Assembly (NCBI RefSeq): GCF_006345805.1
Contig: NC_043000.1
Coordinates: 97,402,001-97,466,000 of the forward strand
DNA length: 64,000 nt
Source of the DNA: Octopus sinensis
Taxonomy: Eukaryota
Direction of reading: 5' to 3'
Of the stretch, positions 37,161 to 52,599 are shown piece by piece. The position numbers and the translations under genes were made by a program. Numbering within the stretch: the first letter of the stretch is position 1; every line of letters begins with the position of its first letter. The notes beneath the pieces are model-generated. The model saw nothing but the letters and a program-made list of their open reading frames with translations. It did no database searches and was not told the origin of the DNA.

Positions 37161-37250
<90 letters not shown>

Positions 37251-37282
37251 ATATTATATATGTACATATGTGCATACATGTA

Positions 37283-37319
<37 letters not shown>

Positions 37320-37340
<21 letters not shown>

Positions 37341-37535
37341 CTGTGTTTATATCCCGACCATTTCTTGACAACCGATGTTGTTGTGTTTACGTTCCTGTAA
37401 CCTAGCCATTTGGGAAAACACCGATACAATAAGTACCAGGCTTACAAATAATAAATGCTGTGGCCAATTTCTTCCACTAAATGTGGTGCTCCAGCATGTC
37501 CGCAGTTACATCACCGAAGCAAGTAAAACAATAAA
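37320..37535 (+). mobile_element. SINE family A, 3' half
   Basis: cttgacaaccgatgttg...ggtgctccagcatgtccgcag...aagtaaaa. Confidence 0.75.
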
Positions 37536-37551
37536 AATCGGTCATTTTAAT

Positions 37552-37579
37552 CCCGAGCAACGCCGGGTACCTCTGCTAG
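37552..37579 (+). mobile_element. Helitron 3' terminus
   Basis: CCCG-agcaacgc-CGGG hairpin followed by CTAG|T. Confidence 0.6.
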
Positions 37580-38431
37580 TACATATATATATATATATAT
37601 ATATAATATATATATATATATATACGACGGCTTCTTTCAGTTTCCCTCTACCAAGTCCATTCACAAGGTTTTGAGCAAAGGATCCTGGTATGAGGTATCC
37701 ACTCCAAAATCAACCTGCAGTGACGAAAACTGACCTTAGCACTTAAAATTAGCGAAGCTACCACTTGTCACTTTTACAGCTTGGTACAAGTTTGTAGTAG
37801 TAGTAGTAGTAGTAGTAGTAGCAGCAGCAGCAGCGACAGTAATAGTAGTAGCAGCAATAAGAGTAGTTGTACTAGTAGTTGTTGTTTAACTCCGTTTTAA
37901 CACGCCTGTCTATGACCAAATGCACTGCATCCATGACCATCACGTTTTTACCACTATATATACTCTCTAATATATTCATATCCGACTAAAATAGTCTAAT
38001 TTGATTTGAAACAGATTTGGCTGGTATTTCTAGTATGTCGGGAAACCACGTAGATCCTGTTTCGTTAGCTCCTAAGCTTTCTTTTTCTTCTTTTGTCTTT
38101 TGTTCTTTTAGTTGGTAGTAATAATAGTCTTCTTCACTCAAGATTCCTCTACAATTTTTAACATTTCACTTAAATTATATGGCAGTTTGTGAACAATACG
38201 TTTCTATTTACGAACATAATGTTCCTATTTTGCGAACAATATATTTCTGTATTGCGTTTTATTAACAATAAATACGTAAGGGACCATCCACTGGTTCACT
38301 GCCTTTACTATCGCGAGAATGACAAAGGAGTGTTTATGAAGCTTACATAGAATACATACCACGAGGTATTTTTGTTTGAGAACGTCGGTTTGTTCAGTCT
38401 ACTCACAAATTTTACATATTTTGCCGATATA

Positions 38432-39394
38432 CGAGGGGTGTATGAAAAGTCTTGAGCCTCAAAAAAAAAAAACGTGGTACAAGACTTCTGATGATTTATT
38501 TTTCAACATAGTCCCCCTCGATAGCTGATCACTTTCTCGGAGGCGTTTCAGTAGCTGAGAATAATACAGCTCTGTCACAGTATGACCTTTTTCAAGGTAA
38601 TCGAGAATATAAAAAAACGGATGCCATGACCTTGCCAGCTGAAGGAATGACCCTGGTCTTCCTTGGGGTAGGAGATGTGTGCTTCCATTGCTTTGGTTGT
38701 TCTTTGGTTTCAGGCTGGTAGTGATGAACCCAACTTTCGTCTATAGTAATGAAACGAGCAAGAAAATTCTCTTCATCGACTTCAAAAAGTTCCAGATTGC
38801 TCGTGGATAAAGTGCACCAGGTACGTTTCTGTTCAAGAGTCAAAAAGCGAAGGACCCACCTTGCGGAAACCTTTGAGAACATAAGTTCTTTTGTTACATT
38901 GTTGTCTGCTCTTTCAAATGAGATGCTCAGTTTCTCGGCTATCTGACGACATGTTATTCAGCGATCTTGCATTATCATACCAAGAGCAAGGTTAAGGTTG
39001 TCCTTGGTGGTTGCAGTTGGAGGTCTCCCTGGTCTGGGATCATCTTCAACACTCTCCCTGCCACGCTTGAATTCAATTACCCAGCGTTTGACTGTTGCAT
39101 ATGAAGGAGCATTGTCTGTTAAGGTTCTCGCCATATCTTCATGGATTTCTGATGGAGTCATGCCTTTCAAATGAAGGTACTTCATAACAGCACGATTCTC
39201 AGTTTTCTCTATTTTTCTTGTAATCTCGACACTTGTTTATTAAAAAATCTGCAACAAAAAAAAATAATAAAAATATCAGAATCATGAAAATGAGCAAGAA
39301 TACTCCAAAAGACTGTACTTAAAAGAAAAAATTGTTTCAGCTACCTTGCAGCCCCATTTCTAGGTTAGGCTCAAAACTTTTAATACAACCCTCG
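38432..39394 (-). mobile_element. Mariner transposon, internally deleted, with transposase pseudogene (~38500-39215)
   Basis: TA-flanked 28-bp TIRs (38432-38459 and 39367-39394, 3 mismatches). Motifs GRP, ARWVLRFL, TIDESWV, AGKVMASVF and the RGDYVEK-stop end are present; the segment with the second and third catalytic D is absent. Confidence 0.92.
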
Positions 39395-40820
39395 TACATC
39401 GCTGGAAGATATTTACATACATGTACAACTACCCTCCGCCCAATTTTCGCCTAACAACTTCCCCTCACAAGGAATTAGTTAATCTAACGCTATAGTAGAA
39501 GTTTATCCAGGTGCTGCGCTTCGGAGCTGAGCTTTGAACCATGCGGTGGTAGTGCGGACTTCTCAGCCACACATCCATGCCAGCGCCTTACAGGTTTACC
39601 ACTACCTTATTCTGCGTAAAGCTTCACTTCTGAGTTGTTTTCTCCTCGTAGTACCAATTAAAGAAACTGAAACAACAAAGTAACCGATACGTGGCCGCTC
39701 AGCCAACTAGAGATAACAGTCAAATCTCCCTCACAGATGCCGTACATTCATGACATAGCAGTGAAACATTGGCTAGTGTAGTTCTAGATAAACAATCATA
39801 GGTGATATAGTTATGGTTTGGACTTTTTTGATGATAGGTCTGCTCTATTTGCTCTAACCAGTGTCTAAACAACTATACCACTAACAACACCACCAGCAAC
39901 ATCAACAACACTGGGCCCTGGCAAATGAAGGAGTTTCTTGTGATTGTCCAATCTTGTAGAAGTAGTCAAAGAGTAGAATACATTGGGAGATGTGGTCTTG
40001 TTTCACTGCAAAGGGCGAAGGGTAAAGATATGATATAGCAGTCCATTGCTGAACGTATCCGTCTTCATCAAGATTAACTTATCCATTAACGCTACCGCAG
40101 TAACTTGACGCTAACCTGACGCTCAGGTCATTTTCGCCTGCTAAGTAGGTAAAGTGCTTTACCCAAAACACAGCATCAGGAATTGAATCCGCGACCTTAT
40201 AAGAGCCCCTATGCCTAACCATAAGAAAGGACACGTTTAGACATTGGGCTAAACATCAAGAACGACAACGATATAATTTCCATCGATATCACCAACAGCA
40301 TTGAACCACCTGAGAGGGCTTGCCGTTTCCATCTCAACCAAATCACAGAACCGGAAACAACTGGTACTCTTTCAAGATACTGGAAAAGTTCGTGGAAGAC
40401 TTTGATTGAGTTAAATTGTTGCTTTGTTTGTAAGCAAAATATTAAGTGTAACTTATTTCTTTTAAATGGATAGACAAAGAGGGAAAGACTCCGAGTTTGG
40501 TGAAAGAAAAGAGAAAAATTCATTCTCAGACAGGATAACTGACCCGAATATTTTGCATTGGAATGGACTCGACCTAAGTAACCGAGGATCATGTGATGAC
40601 ATTCGGTGACGAAGTCTAACAAGCGTTTCTCTAAAATCAGGACTTCTTTCAGAGTCAATAGAGGTAAGAATGGCGGAGAGAAAGAAGTCATCACTAAAGT
40701 ATATATACCTAACCCGACTAAATGCAATATTATGAACTCTGATAAAGAGCATGTAGTGGTGTTAAACTCGGTCGATGGATTAAGCGTATAATTTTTCCTG
40801 CAGCCAAAGCAACAGCACCA

Positions 40821-40860
<40 letters not shown>

Positions 40861-41220
40861 TTCTCTCTCTTCTCTCTCTCTCTCTATCTTTCCCTCTCTA
40901 TCTCCATCTTCCTTTCTCTCCCATTCTTTCTTTCTTTTAGTGTTTCTTCTCCATTCAGATGATAAGTAAAGAAGGGCTCATATTTTTCTCTGTTCATGGC
41001 GCTGGAACTTAGCAAACCGTTCCACCGACACTCTTATATGAACTAATTATAACTGACGCAGATCACCGCCAGTCTTCCCGGCATTCAGATTTTTATCTTT
41101 ACAGCTGATTGTCAGGCACCCCGTTACACTCTGCCTTAAAAGTCCCCCACTTTTCTTCTAGGACATTTTTGTAAGACATTTTAGGTACAGGTGCAGTATA
41201 GGAAATTATATTCACACAAG

Positions 41221-41260
<40 letters not shown>

Positions 41261-41554
41261 TTCTCAACACTTCTGAATGTTTATTCGGAAGTGGGAAATA
41301 GAGAAAACAGAGTAAATAAATAAAAGAAAAAAAAAGGGGGAAAAAGGAAAATGAAAAAGAAAAGAGGGTGGGAAAAAAGGTGGGGAACAACAAGAAGAAA
41401 GTCATCAAACACGAAACAACTTTATAATCAGACGGAAATTTAAGAGACACTTGTAAATAATTTAATACAAATGTTTATATAACTATCCACTTTTAACTGC
41501 TCCTATCTAGGCAAGTAGGGAAAATAGAGGCAGAACGATATAGAAAGAGATAGT

Positions 41555-41630
<76 letters not shown>

Positions 41631-42140
41631 TAGACAAACAGAGTGTGTGAATATGTGTGCATGTTGTATGAATGAATATACAAGCTTATATATTCCTGAA
41701 TGTATGTATACTACATTATGTTTGTATATATTGCCTCTATCGTTTGTATACATGATTGTATGAATATATGATTTTTTATGTATTATATTTAGTATGTGTG
41801 TGTGTGTCCGTGTGGGAGAGAGTGTGTGCGTGTATGTTCGTGTGACAGAGAGAGAGAGAGAAAGAGAGAGAGAGGTCTCTGTTTAAATGCGTGTCTTTGG
41901 TTTCTATTTTGGGTATAAATATTCAAGCACGTTAATATATACACAGCATTATATATGTATGCTATTTGCTTTCATGTCTGTATATATTAATGTATGTAGT
42001 CTTGTATAATATAAATAGTGCGTATGTGTATCCAGTTGTGTGCACGTGCGTATCTGTGTGTGTGTGGCGGAGGAATTTGTAATTTGTTTACGTGTGTGTG
42101 TGTACCTGTTATATGTATGTGTATGTATTTTTCATATATG

Positions 42141-42186
<46 letters not shown>

Positions 42187-42199
42187 ATATGTATATGTG

Positions 42200-42244
<45 letters not shown>

Positions 42245-42341
42245 CATACATACATACATACATACATACATACATACATGCATGCATGCATACATACATA
42301 CATACAGCATACATACATACATACATACATACATACATACA

Positions 42342-42375
<34 letters not shown>

Positions 42376-42528
42376 CATACATACGTACGTACATACATAC
42401 ATACATACATACATATATTCAAGTATACTGATATCTATACAGCATTAAGTATGTATATATGCAAAGATGTGAGTAATTTTTAGTACGTTATGCAACAGAA
42501 TGCGATGTGTGCGCGTATGTGTGTATGC

Positions 42529-42610
<82 letters not shown>

Positions 42611-43281
42611 TGTGTGAATATAGATTGTTGACAAGCAGATCACAAGCGTTTCGAGTTTTCTTTATCTCTCTTCAGGGATAGTAATGCCGTTACAAATTGT
42701 TACGCAATATTAATAACTCGAGTCATAAAAAAAAAATATTCGTTGTCAAACAATAATAAAAATGAAAACAAATTCTGAGGCATAATATGGAACGTGTATT
42801 TCTAACAGTTTTATTAGCATTTCCATATAAAGGAACTCATTTAAGTATTTTATAAGGTGGGAAAACGATATCCACATAAAAGATTATCAAAACAATAATT
42901 AAATGTTTTAATAATCAGTTTAAATATTTAATCAGCAATCAATAAAAACCGACGCTTTTATAACATCGAACTTCATGAAAATCGAGATAATTTAGAGATT
43001 TCGCTATTCAAGGTGACTAACTTTTGCTTATTACGATTCTTTGAATAAATAATAGTTGGTTTTTGTTTATTCAAAAAAAGATTAATTGAAATTTAATTCT
43101 AGTTTCATGTTGTTTAAAGAATGATGTATAGCATTATGCAGAAAATAGATCGCCACGTCGCGATAAGGCCTATATACTTGATTAACCCAAATCCTATCGA
43201 TGCAGTTCGATTTTAGAATCTCCTAATATGATAATGAACGTAGTGTTTTTATATATTTGTATGTGCGTGTGTGTGTGTGTG

Positions 43282-43314
<33 letters not shown>

Positions 43315-43619
43315 GTGTCCAAAATCACGGAGTAGGAGAAAGAGTAATATAAGTGAAGGGAAAGAAAATAGCAATTCAGTGAAGGAGAAGTAGTGAGAAT
43401 AATAGCCCTGAGAGAGAGAGAGACAGAGAGAGAAAGGAATAGCAATAAATGAAAGGAAGTGGCAAAGAGCGCGTCGTGCATCTTCTGTTTTTCTCCGTCA
43501 CAACATATGAATGAGAAATGAAAGGGGTGATAGATGAATAACGAAGGAAGGAGTGAAAAAAATCAGCGTTTCAACTCTGTGTGAGTATATGTGTATATAC
43601 GTAAAAGGGAGGTATGTGA

Positions 43620-43675
<56 letters not shown>

Positions 43676-44462
43676 AATGGAAATGGGATGGTGAACGTTC
43701 AACGCTGAAAAGAAAAATCAAACAGCATTTCAACTCTCTTTGAGTATGTGTGCATGTCTGTGCATGTACAAGGAATGCATGTGAATGTTTGTATCTGTGA
43801 TTATTATGTACCTTGTTTTGTACCTTATTTACATATAAAATACTACAATTAGCCGTCATTTCTGACGGCATGGGGTCAGCTAGTATATAAAGAATACACA
43901 AAGGTGATTGTGCTGCTTTAGAAAGCTTGTCAGATTATTATCAACCTTTTTCCTATTGAAAGTATTTTCATATATTTCTCCTAAACTTTCAAGCTTGTTT
44001 TCTGTCTTTCAGTGAGCCCAAGTTTCAAACCTTCTGAGTAATACAAAGCTTTCTTTCATATGTTCCAAGTTATTCTATTGGTTGAAAAAAAACTGGGAAT
44101 GTGTATCATATACGATGCATGGATGCCAGGGAAATATGGGATATCTTGTGTATCACATGTGATATACAGGACTGGAAAAAGGTTAAAGCAGTATGTTTGC
44201 AGTGAACATATCTTTGATATTTTTTATAATACGTTTAACATTACCTCATAAGCGTTGTCTACTACCAACTTTGTCCAGCCATCCGTACCCATTAGGGCTA
44301 TCGAAGAAAATATTCCCAGTATCCGTTGAATATATAGCACGAGGGTTTGAAATATAAAAACCACGGGCTTCCTCGGTGTTTCCATCCACCAAATTCACTC
44401 AAAATTTCATTGTTGGCTTTTTTTTTTTTTGGTTAATATTAAGTCAAATATCTTTTGTCCAG

Positions 44463-44554
44463 TGAAAAGTATCAGTAATGGAGAATACATCAAAAAGAAG
44501 CTGTGTTATGTGATTCTCTCATCAGTCGTTTTGTTGCTGACCATTATTAGTTGA
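44463..44554 (+). CDS. Candidate terminal exon encoding a hydrophobic C-terminal tail (KSISNGEYIKKKLCYVILSSVVLLLTIIS-stop)
   Basis: Acceptor-like ttttgtccag, non-repeat sequence, GPI or tail-anchor-like peptide. No partner exons identified. Confidence 0.25.
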
Positions 44555-45240
44555 CTGTGGTTGAAATGAGTAGGCTTATAAATCCCGCTTTATTTCCAAA
44601 ATTAATGTTGTTTACGCTTTAAAAAATTTCAAATGTTTCTTACCTTAAGAAGAAAACCGCTGAGTGTAATTTGCTGAAGATTTGGATAGTATTTCAAGCA
44701 TACTTGGTAATCAAGTAAAGATTCCTTTGATAACTCATTGCTTTGATTATTGGTGGTACTATTGTTGCTGTTGTTGTTGCTGCTGTTATTGTTGGTAATG
44801 TTGCCGTCGTCTTTGTCCTTATTGTTTAGCTTCACGTCAGCCTTACAATTCCAGTCATAACCATCTCATCTTTTTTTTTTCTCAAGCATAGTATATCTAG
44901 ACTACACTATGCAATACGTCTCAACTCTATCAATACTACCGCATGTAATTTAAGTAAGACTTGACTATTGTTTCGTGTATTTCATGTAACCACATAAAGG
45001 CTATTTCGCTGGAGTAGCACGAATTTTTTATATATGTGTTTTTTATTCTTTCGGCTCCTTTGGGCAGATACATGATCGAAGGCATTTCAGATATGACCAA
45101 CCCATCTTTTCCTGCATTTAACACAACATCGGTCAATATACCCTTCCCTTTTTAAAAAAAAAAAAGACTGTAAGCTGCTATCTCTAGCATTCCCAGAGAC
45201 CATATAGAAACATACCCTATAGTATCTTTTTTATCAATTT

Positions 45241-45703
<463 letters not shown>

Positions 45704-45919
45704 TGAGATTTTTCTTCGTTCATCATTCTACGTATGGTTCTACCTCTCAGCAAATAAAAAACGTATGAACATTCCTTTACCATCTTTGACATTCCACTTC
45801 ACGTTCCTCTTCCATTCTCTCTTCCATCTTCTCTATTTCCTTTGTTCTTGCTTCCTTTCTATTTTGTTTCTCTTTCTCTCTTTTAAAGTGTTCCAATTCT
45901 TTTCACCCGCCTTCTCTCA

Positions 45920-46335
45920 TATCACCACTAGTGCTAGCACCACCAGCACCGCCTCTGCCCCTTGTATCGTCTCCATCACTATCCCTACCAATACCATTAT
46001 CACTACTACCACCGCAACCAATCCAACAGTAATCACCAGCATAAATAACACCATCGCCACAACGACCATATCACCACCACCACTGCCATCACCGCCACCA
46101 ACACTAACGTCACCACCACCACCATCACCACAACCAAAACCACCAACACCACCACCTCTATCGTCGCACCTTCCTCATCAGCTTCACTACAAGCTACGTC
46201 AATGCGACTAGTAGTGTCACGTTTTCACCCTCAACACCACTACCACGACTACCAACAACATTATCACCACCACCACCACCACCAGCAACACCAGCACAAC
46301 TGCCGTCATCAGCAACATCAACACCGCCACCACCA
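45920..46335. repeat. (ACC/CAC/ACT)n low-complexity tract
   Basis: Read directly from the sequence. Confidence 0.85.
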
Positions 46336-46613
46336 TAAATACTTCGGGGAAAAAAAATCTTCTGACCATTGTTACCAGGAGTCGAGAGTCGATTCTCTCA
46401 CTAAAGTATTAAGTAACAAGCTTCTGGAAGGTTCGTGATTTTCAACACAATTGGACGAAAATATTTTGTTCTGCAGTTGATCCATTGATTGCCAATTTCA
46501 CTTGGATATCTTTCTTTAACTCCAGTTTCTGTTTCGTGTCAGACAAGATTCTTTGTCTGAATCTCTCTACGTATTCCTCCCTGACTCTCTCTCTCTCCTC
46601 TCTCTCTCTCTCA

Positions 46614-46665
<52 letters not shown>

Positions 46666-46729
46666 ATCTCTCTCTCTCTGCGTATGTATATACATACATA
46701 TATCTATATATATATTATATGCATATATA

Positions 46730-46772
<43 letters not shown>

Positions 46773-47068
46773 TATATATATTATATATATATATATATAT
46801 ATGGTATATATATATATATGTATATGTGTGTGTGTATAAACATGTATGAATTCTGCGTATATTGACGGATTTCCACATAAATATCGAGTAAAAAGAGAAT
46901 TCTTGCTGTATGATACGGCATATGATAGCCAATACCCATGGAGAAGTCTTGTACGTTATAAGATTATTACCCGAATAATGTTAAACTGTATTATGTATGT
47001 ATGTATGTATGTATGTATGTATGTATGTATGTATGTATATATGCATGTGGGTGTGCTTGCGTGTCTGC

Positions 47069-47120
<52 letters not shown>

Positions 47121-47129
47121 ATATATATA

Positions 47130-48660
47130 CTAGCAGAATCCCTGGGATGATCAGGCTGAGAAGTAGTTATAAATTGTTAAGATATGTTCTTGATTAAAGT
47201 CATTTTCTACGTGATGGAATACTCTTTGGTTTCTCTTTCCTCTCCAGTTATAGCAGTCTGTTGTCTAATACACCGTGCTACAATTTAATAGTATGTTTTG
47301 TAATTTAATTATAAAAACCACATATAACTAATTGAAAACTGTTAAGCAGAGATATAAGATTAACCAAAGTAAAAACTGTTTTATTCAATTTGAAACTATT
47401 ATTGAACTTCATATTTTATTTGTTATTCTTGAAATTCTTTAATTCTTATATTTTAAGTAGAAACCGTAATTTTAGATGAATCATTCTTAGAAATAAGGCT
47501 ATTCTCTAATATATGGAAACTGGAATGTCCGCAGGAAATCAACATACTCAAAGATCAGAGCTGCAATGCATGCATTAATAATGAATCATTAAGATTCATG
47601 ATGAGCTTCAGCCTATATTGGATATTATATCTGTGGTCTTCATAACATTGTAAATTCTGAACGTTCGTGTCATTCTTTTAGGATACAGAATATTTTAGGT
47701 TTTATCGATAGGGATTATGGCGGTGTCCATCTGGTGATTATCTAACATAAAACTGACCACGAGCAAACCAGGTTCCTCAAATTGTAATCCAGTAAAAGAT
47801 ATTGTTTGCCCTTGAGATTTATTGATTGATAAGGCAAAGATTAATGTTCAGGAGACTGTGTGTTCTAATTCAAAAGGTCATATCTGAAGGAATGAATATC
47901 TTTCTAAATAAAATTACACCCTTTCTTTTGTGCAACAAGTGAGAATATTAGCCTCAACAAGTAGTGAAACAAGCTTCTTATCCTAGAACCTTGCATCGTT
48001 GCATAGTTGTGACTGGTTCTACTTATGTATTAGCATTATTAAGGATCCTTATTTCTTATTCACAACATGTCTTATTGATTTGTAGGTAAGAGTGCTTGTG
48101 GGAGCGCTTCTACGCCAGCCAGCTTACCAGTTTATGCTGTTGGCCGTGACATTTTTGAAAGCAAGTCTACCTGATTCACATGGCTACTTGTATAGTAGCA
48201 ATAATATTGTAGGTAAGAGAGCACCTTCCAAATCAATTTGTCTGCTGTCTTAACACTGGGTCAATGGCGCCATTTCTGTCACCGGGAGTATTATTTTACC
48301 AACTTGTAACCAATTTTTGGCAAACTGACCAGACAGCTAATGTCCAAAATGATGGATCTTCGTGTTACAGGTAGGTTGGAGATTTTAACTTCGATGTAAA
48401 TTTATGACTATTTAAGGCAAGCGCGAATTTCATTGACTTTTGTTCCTTTTGAATTAATCGCAGGATCAGACGAAAGTTACCTGAGAGTACCTCCAGTTTA
48501 TGAACTGTTGTCAGATGTCGACAACCACAAGAAACTTTTTTATATGCAATTGTCCTTTTATACCAGACAATCATTTGTAATTCCGTGCCCGGTTCTCGAA
48601 TTCTTTGTACTGTTGCAAACAGATGCACCATTTAGACGTGAGTGAAGGAAAAGCATAAAA
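47130..48660 (-). mobile_element. Helitron relic: PIF1-type helicase pseudogene plus 3' CTAG end
   Basis: Minus strand gives GNFRLIL (48481-48461), EIRACLK (48431-48411), GQFAKNWLQVG (48330-48299), and FALSINK/SQGQ (~47840-47806, frameshifted). Terminus ...ctgCTAG|T at 47130. Confidence 0.8.
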
Positions 48661-49296
48661 CCAGAACGTGCTCATTCAATTTCTGTATTATTTCCCATCA
48701 TTCTATATAATGCTCTTCTCATTCGACGTCCCTGAGGCAGATAAAATAAATCATCATATTTTTCAAGTGTGATTGAATGGGTCAGAAACGGCGACGGGTT
48801 GAACTAAACTTCGTGAAGTATTTCTACAATCCTAGTTCAAATCTCACTTGGAATCACGTTTATTTTCCATCTTTCTGTACACGATGGAATAAGTACTAGT
48901 AAAATGCTGGGGTTAATTAATTAAAGGTCACATTTTTTTCCTAAAATGGTACCCTTGTATCATTGTCAGAAATGATGAGTGTTAACGTTGATGCATTAAA
49001 GTTCGCTGAGGTCAACTTTGCCGTTCATCCTTTCATGATCGATAACATGAAGTACCAGTGAAGTACTGAATTCATGGACAACCACGAAACCCGCCCCTCA
49101 AAGTTGCCTACCTTATGCCCAAATCTGAAACTATTATTACTGTTGCCGTTGAGGGCAATTGAGGTTTGGAGATGATGTTCTGATTTGCTTTATGTTGTTA
49201 TCCCATTCGGGAATTTTATTACATATATTGTTTATCACTTTTTAAATATTTTTTATGACAATTATCAGATAATATATTACATTCCCCCATCTCTCT

Positions 49297-49350
<54 letters not shown>

Positions 49351-49379
49351 TCTCTCTCTTCTTACTAGATGTCACTCAA

Positions 49380-49530
49380 TGAACTTATCCGCCATATTTT
49401 TGAAACGAGTAAATAAGAAAAATACCACTACCGTCATCATCGCCTTCAATATCATCATCTTCATCATAATCATCGTTGTAAAATTTTCCATTTGCAGTTG
49501 TTGCTATTACATTCTCCACTACTACTACTA

Positions 49531-49578
<48 letters not shown>

Positions 49579-50790
49579 AACTACTACTACTATTACAACT
49601 ACTATAATTTCGCGCCAACTTAATTTTTTTTCATTACCATCATCACCATCATTATCACCATCATCATTATCATCATCATCAATATCATTATGAGCATCAA
49701 CATCGTCATCATCATCATCATCATCATTAAAATCATCATCATTATCACCACCCCAGCCTTCATCATCATCATCCTCATCTATATCATCATCATCATCACA
49801 AGCTCCTTCATTATCATCATTATTAGTCATCATTATTATAGCGTCATCATCATCTCCATCATCATAAATATCATCGCTGTCATTATAAACATTATCATCA
49901 TCACTATAATCCTCACCGTCATCATCATCATCATCGTCATCATTATCAGCAACACCACCATCACCAACACCACCGCCGCCATTCCTCCACAACCACCCCC
50001 AACTTCCATCGTACGTACGTACAGTCTCCATTTTAAACATTCCTGCTAGCTAATAAGTATTGTTGTTCTTTATAATATTACTATCGTTGTTGATATTGCT
50101 GTTATTATTAGCGTTGCTGTTACTGCTGCTGTTATTATTATTTTTGTTGTTGTTTTCTAATTATCGAGCTGACCTCTACATCCATCCCTCACAAACCTGC
50201 TCACCGCTATCCCCCCACCTCCACATCTCCATGCTCTTGCCATCGCCGGATGGCATGATCTCTTTAGTTTTCTTGTCTCAACTCAGACTGTTAAGCATGA
50301 TGGATGAGCCAGCCAAAATTGCTTTAGCACTTTACTACTTCGGCGTGAAACAATCAGCAACTCTCGTACCACCACCACCACCATTACTACCATTACTAAC
50401 AAATACAATCACCACCAGCGAATACTATTGTCATCAACACTATCCTTACCACCAAAAACAACGCCAATATTATCACTGCCAACAAACACTATCACAGCTA
50501 CGATTATCACCACCACTAATGCTACCACCATCACCAATATTATCACCACCACAAATACTACTACGACCACCAATAGTACCGCCATCACTAGTACTACCAT
50601 CAACCAACTGACACTATCACGGCAACACTATCACCACTAAGCGACACTATATCACCATCATTAATATCACCACCAACCAACCCACCCACCTACAGGAACG
50701 CAGCTACTACTATCACCACCACCAATACTATCACCCTCAACCAACAAACACTATCATGGCCGCTACTATCACCAACATGAATATTATCAC
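49380..50790. repeat. Compound (ACT)n, (ATC)n, (TTG/TTA)n and (ACC)n low-complexity block
   Basis: Read directly from the sequence; source of the poly-D, poly-I and poly-T ORFs in the track. Confidence 0.9.
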
Positions 50791-50798
50791 TACCATTC

Positions 50799-51010
50799 AG
50801 GCGGCGAGCTGGTAGAATCGTTATCACACCGGGCAAAATGCTTAGCGGCATTTCGTCTGTTTTCACGTTCCGAGTTCAAATTACGCCGAGGTCAGCTTTG
50901 CCTTTCATCCCCTCGGAGTCGATAAAATAAATACCAGTTGAATATTGGGATCGATGTAGCAGACCTACTTCCTCCCTTAAAATTGCTGGCCCTGTGCTAA
51001 AATATGAAAC
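50799..51010 (+). mobile_element. SINE family B
   Basis: aggcggcgagctggtagaatcg head and gcctttcatcc core. Confidence 0.8.
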
Positions 51011-51109
51011 CAATATTATCACCACCATTAATGCTATCGCCACCAAGAACTTTCTTAAGAGTAATACTAGAGTTTTTGTTTGTTTGTTTGTTTGTTTTTG
51101 CTGTTAAAA

Positions 51110-51560
51110 GAGACAAGGTTGGCTTGGCCCCACTGGTGGATGCTTACAATGTTTTTGTTTACTAAGTCAATACAGGTTTGGCGTGTGATGTATAGGATGC
51201 ATGTGAGCGATACATGGTTAGCGAACGTTAAAAAGGAATGAAGTGTTGTGTTATATGTATAATAGTTGGCTTCAACGAATGTGATGCCAAGTAGGTATTT
51301 TGACGTATAGAAGAGAGTAGGGGTACAAAGCTTAACCTCGGGGAACACCAGAGTAGATTGAGAATGGGGTAGAGAGATACCTTCGTCAAGGCATGTCGTA
51401 ATGATACGATCTGATTGGAAAACACCAATCCAAAAGATGAAAGATGGGTGGGACTTTGTTGATGTCTAGAATTAAAACATTGTTTTCACCGAACGTCTTA
51501 AAGTGAAGGCCCACTGGTATGCGACATAATAGAGTATGCCTCCGATTTGTCTGTCTCTAC
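51110..51560 (-). mobile_element. Decayed CR1/L2-group RT fragment
   Basis: GVPRG (51350-51337) followed by YTYNTTLHS, a likely relic of YADDTTL. Confidence 0.5.
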
Positions 51561-52150
51561 CGAAGCCGTACTTGTGGCCACTGAGGAGGGAGAGAAAGAG
51601 AGAGAGAGAGAGCGACAGACGGACAGGCAGGCAAACAGACAGATTCAAAATAATGGAGACCGCCGCAGTTTATGGCTTCCTCCATTATCTCGGTTAAGCC
51701 TGCCACATCGCACCAATGCCTATCCGAGATATTCACAACACGAGGAAGATTTGAATTCTGCACCGCATTTGTCCAACATTGCAAATTCTTGCTACCAACT
51801 AAGAAGACTGGTTATTTATGTGTAAAAGTTTTCTTGGCCACGAATGCTGTGCAATATCGATGTAAGGGATGTGATTGTTGACCGCTCGCATGGAACAAAT
51901 ATTTGGACTTAAAATATCTGATGATCTCTCATCTTTCATGGTGACCTTACATCCATTACATTACCAAAGATGCATCACAAAAACTTGGATTGGAGCCCTG
52001 ATCAATTGCCAATCCTTTATAAAGCTAAAATAAACTCCACAGCCAAATCGTACTTACTATCAAAGATACAGAACTTTATTAATTGTTGCAATCTCATTTA
52101 TCTCTCATTTATTCATTTATTTTCTTTCTGTATTATTATTATTATCATCA

Positions 52151-52206
<56 letters not shown>

Positions 52207-52208
<2 letters not shown>

Positions 52209-52585
52209 GGTGGCGAACTGGCAGAATCGTTGTTAGCAAATGCTTAGTGGCATTTCGTCCGTTTTTACGTTCTGAGTTCAAATTCCGCCGACGTCGACTT
52301 TGCCTTTCATCCTTCGGGGATCAATAAGATAAGTACCAGCTGATCATTGTATCGATGTAATCGATCTCTCTCCACTCAAAAAATTGCTGGCATTGTGCCA
52401 AAAGTGGGAACAAATATTTAAGGCGGTGAGCTGGTAGGATCGCTAGAGCATCGAAACTCACCGAACTCAATTTGACCGTTCATTCTTTCAGGGTCGATAA
52501 AATAAGTACCAGTCAAGCACTGGAGTCGATGATATCGACTTAGCCCTCACCTTGAAATTACTGGCCTTGTGCTAAAAATTGAAAC
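52207..52585 (+). mobile_element. Two tandem family B SINEs (52207-52400 and 52420-52585)
   Basis: Two aaggYggYga heads, each with the core; the second has an internal deletion. Confidence 0.8.
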
Positions 52586-52599
52586 CGTTATTAAAACAC

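Noticed and set aside
44936-45136. 66-aa ORF or exon
   Set aside because: It overlaps a gatcgaaggcatt...gacc repeat also seen near 7800, 24625 and 26010.
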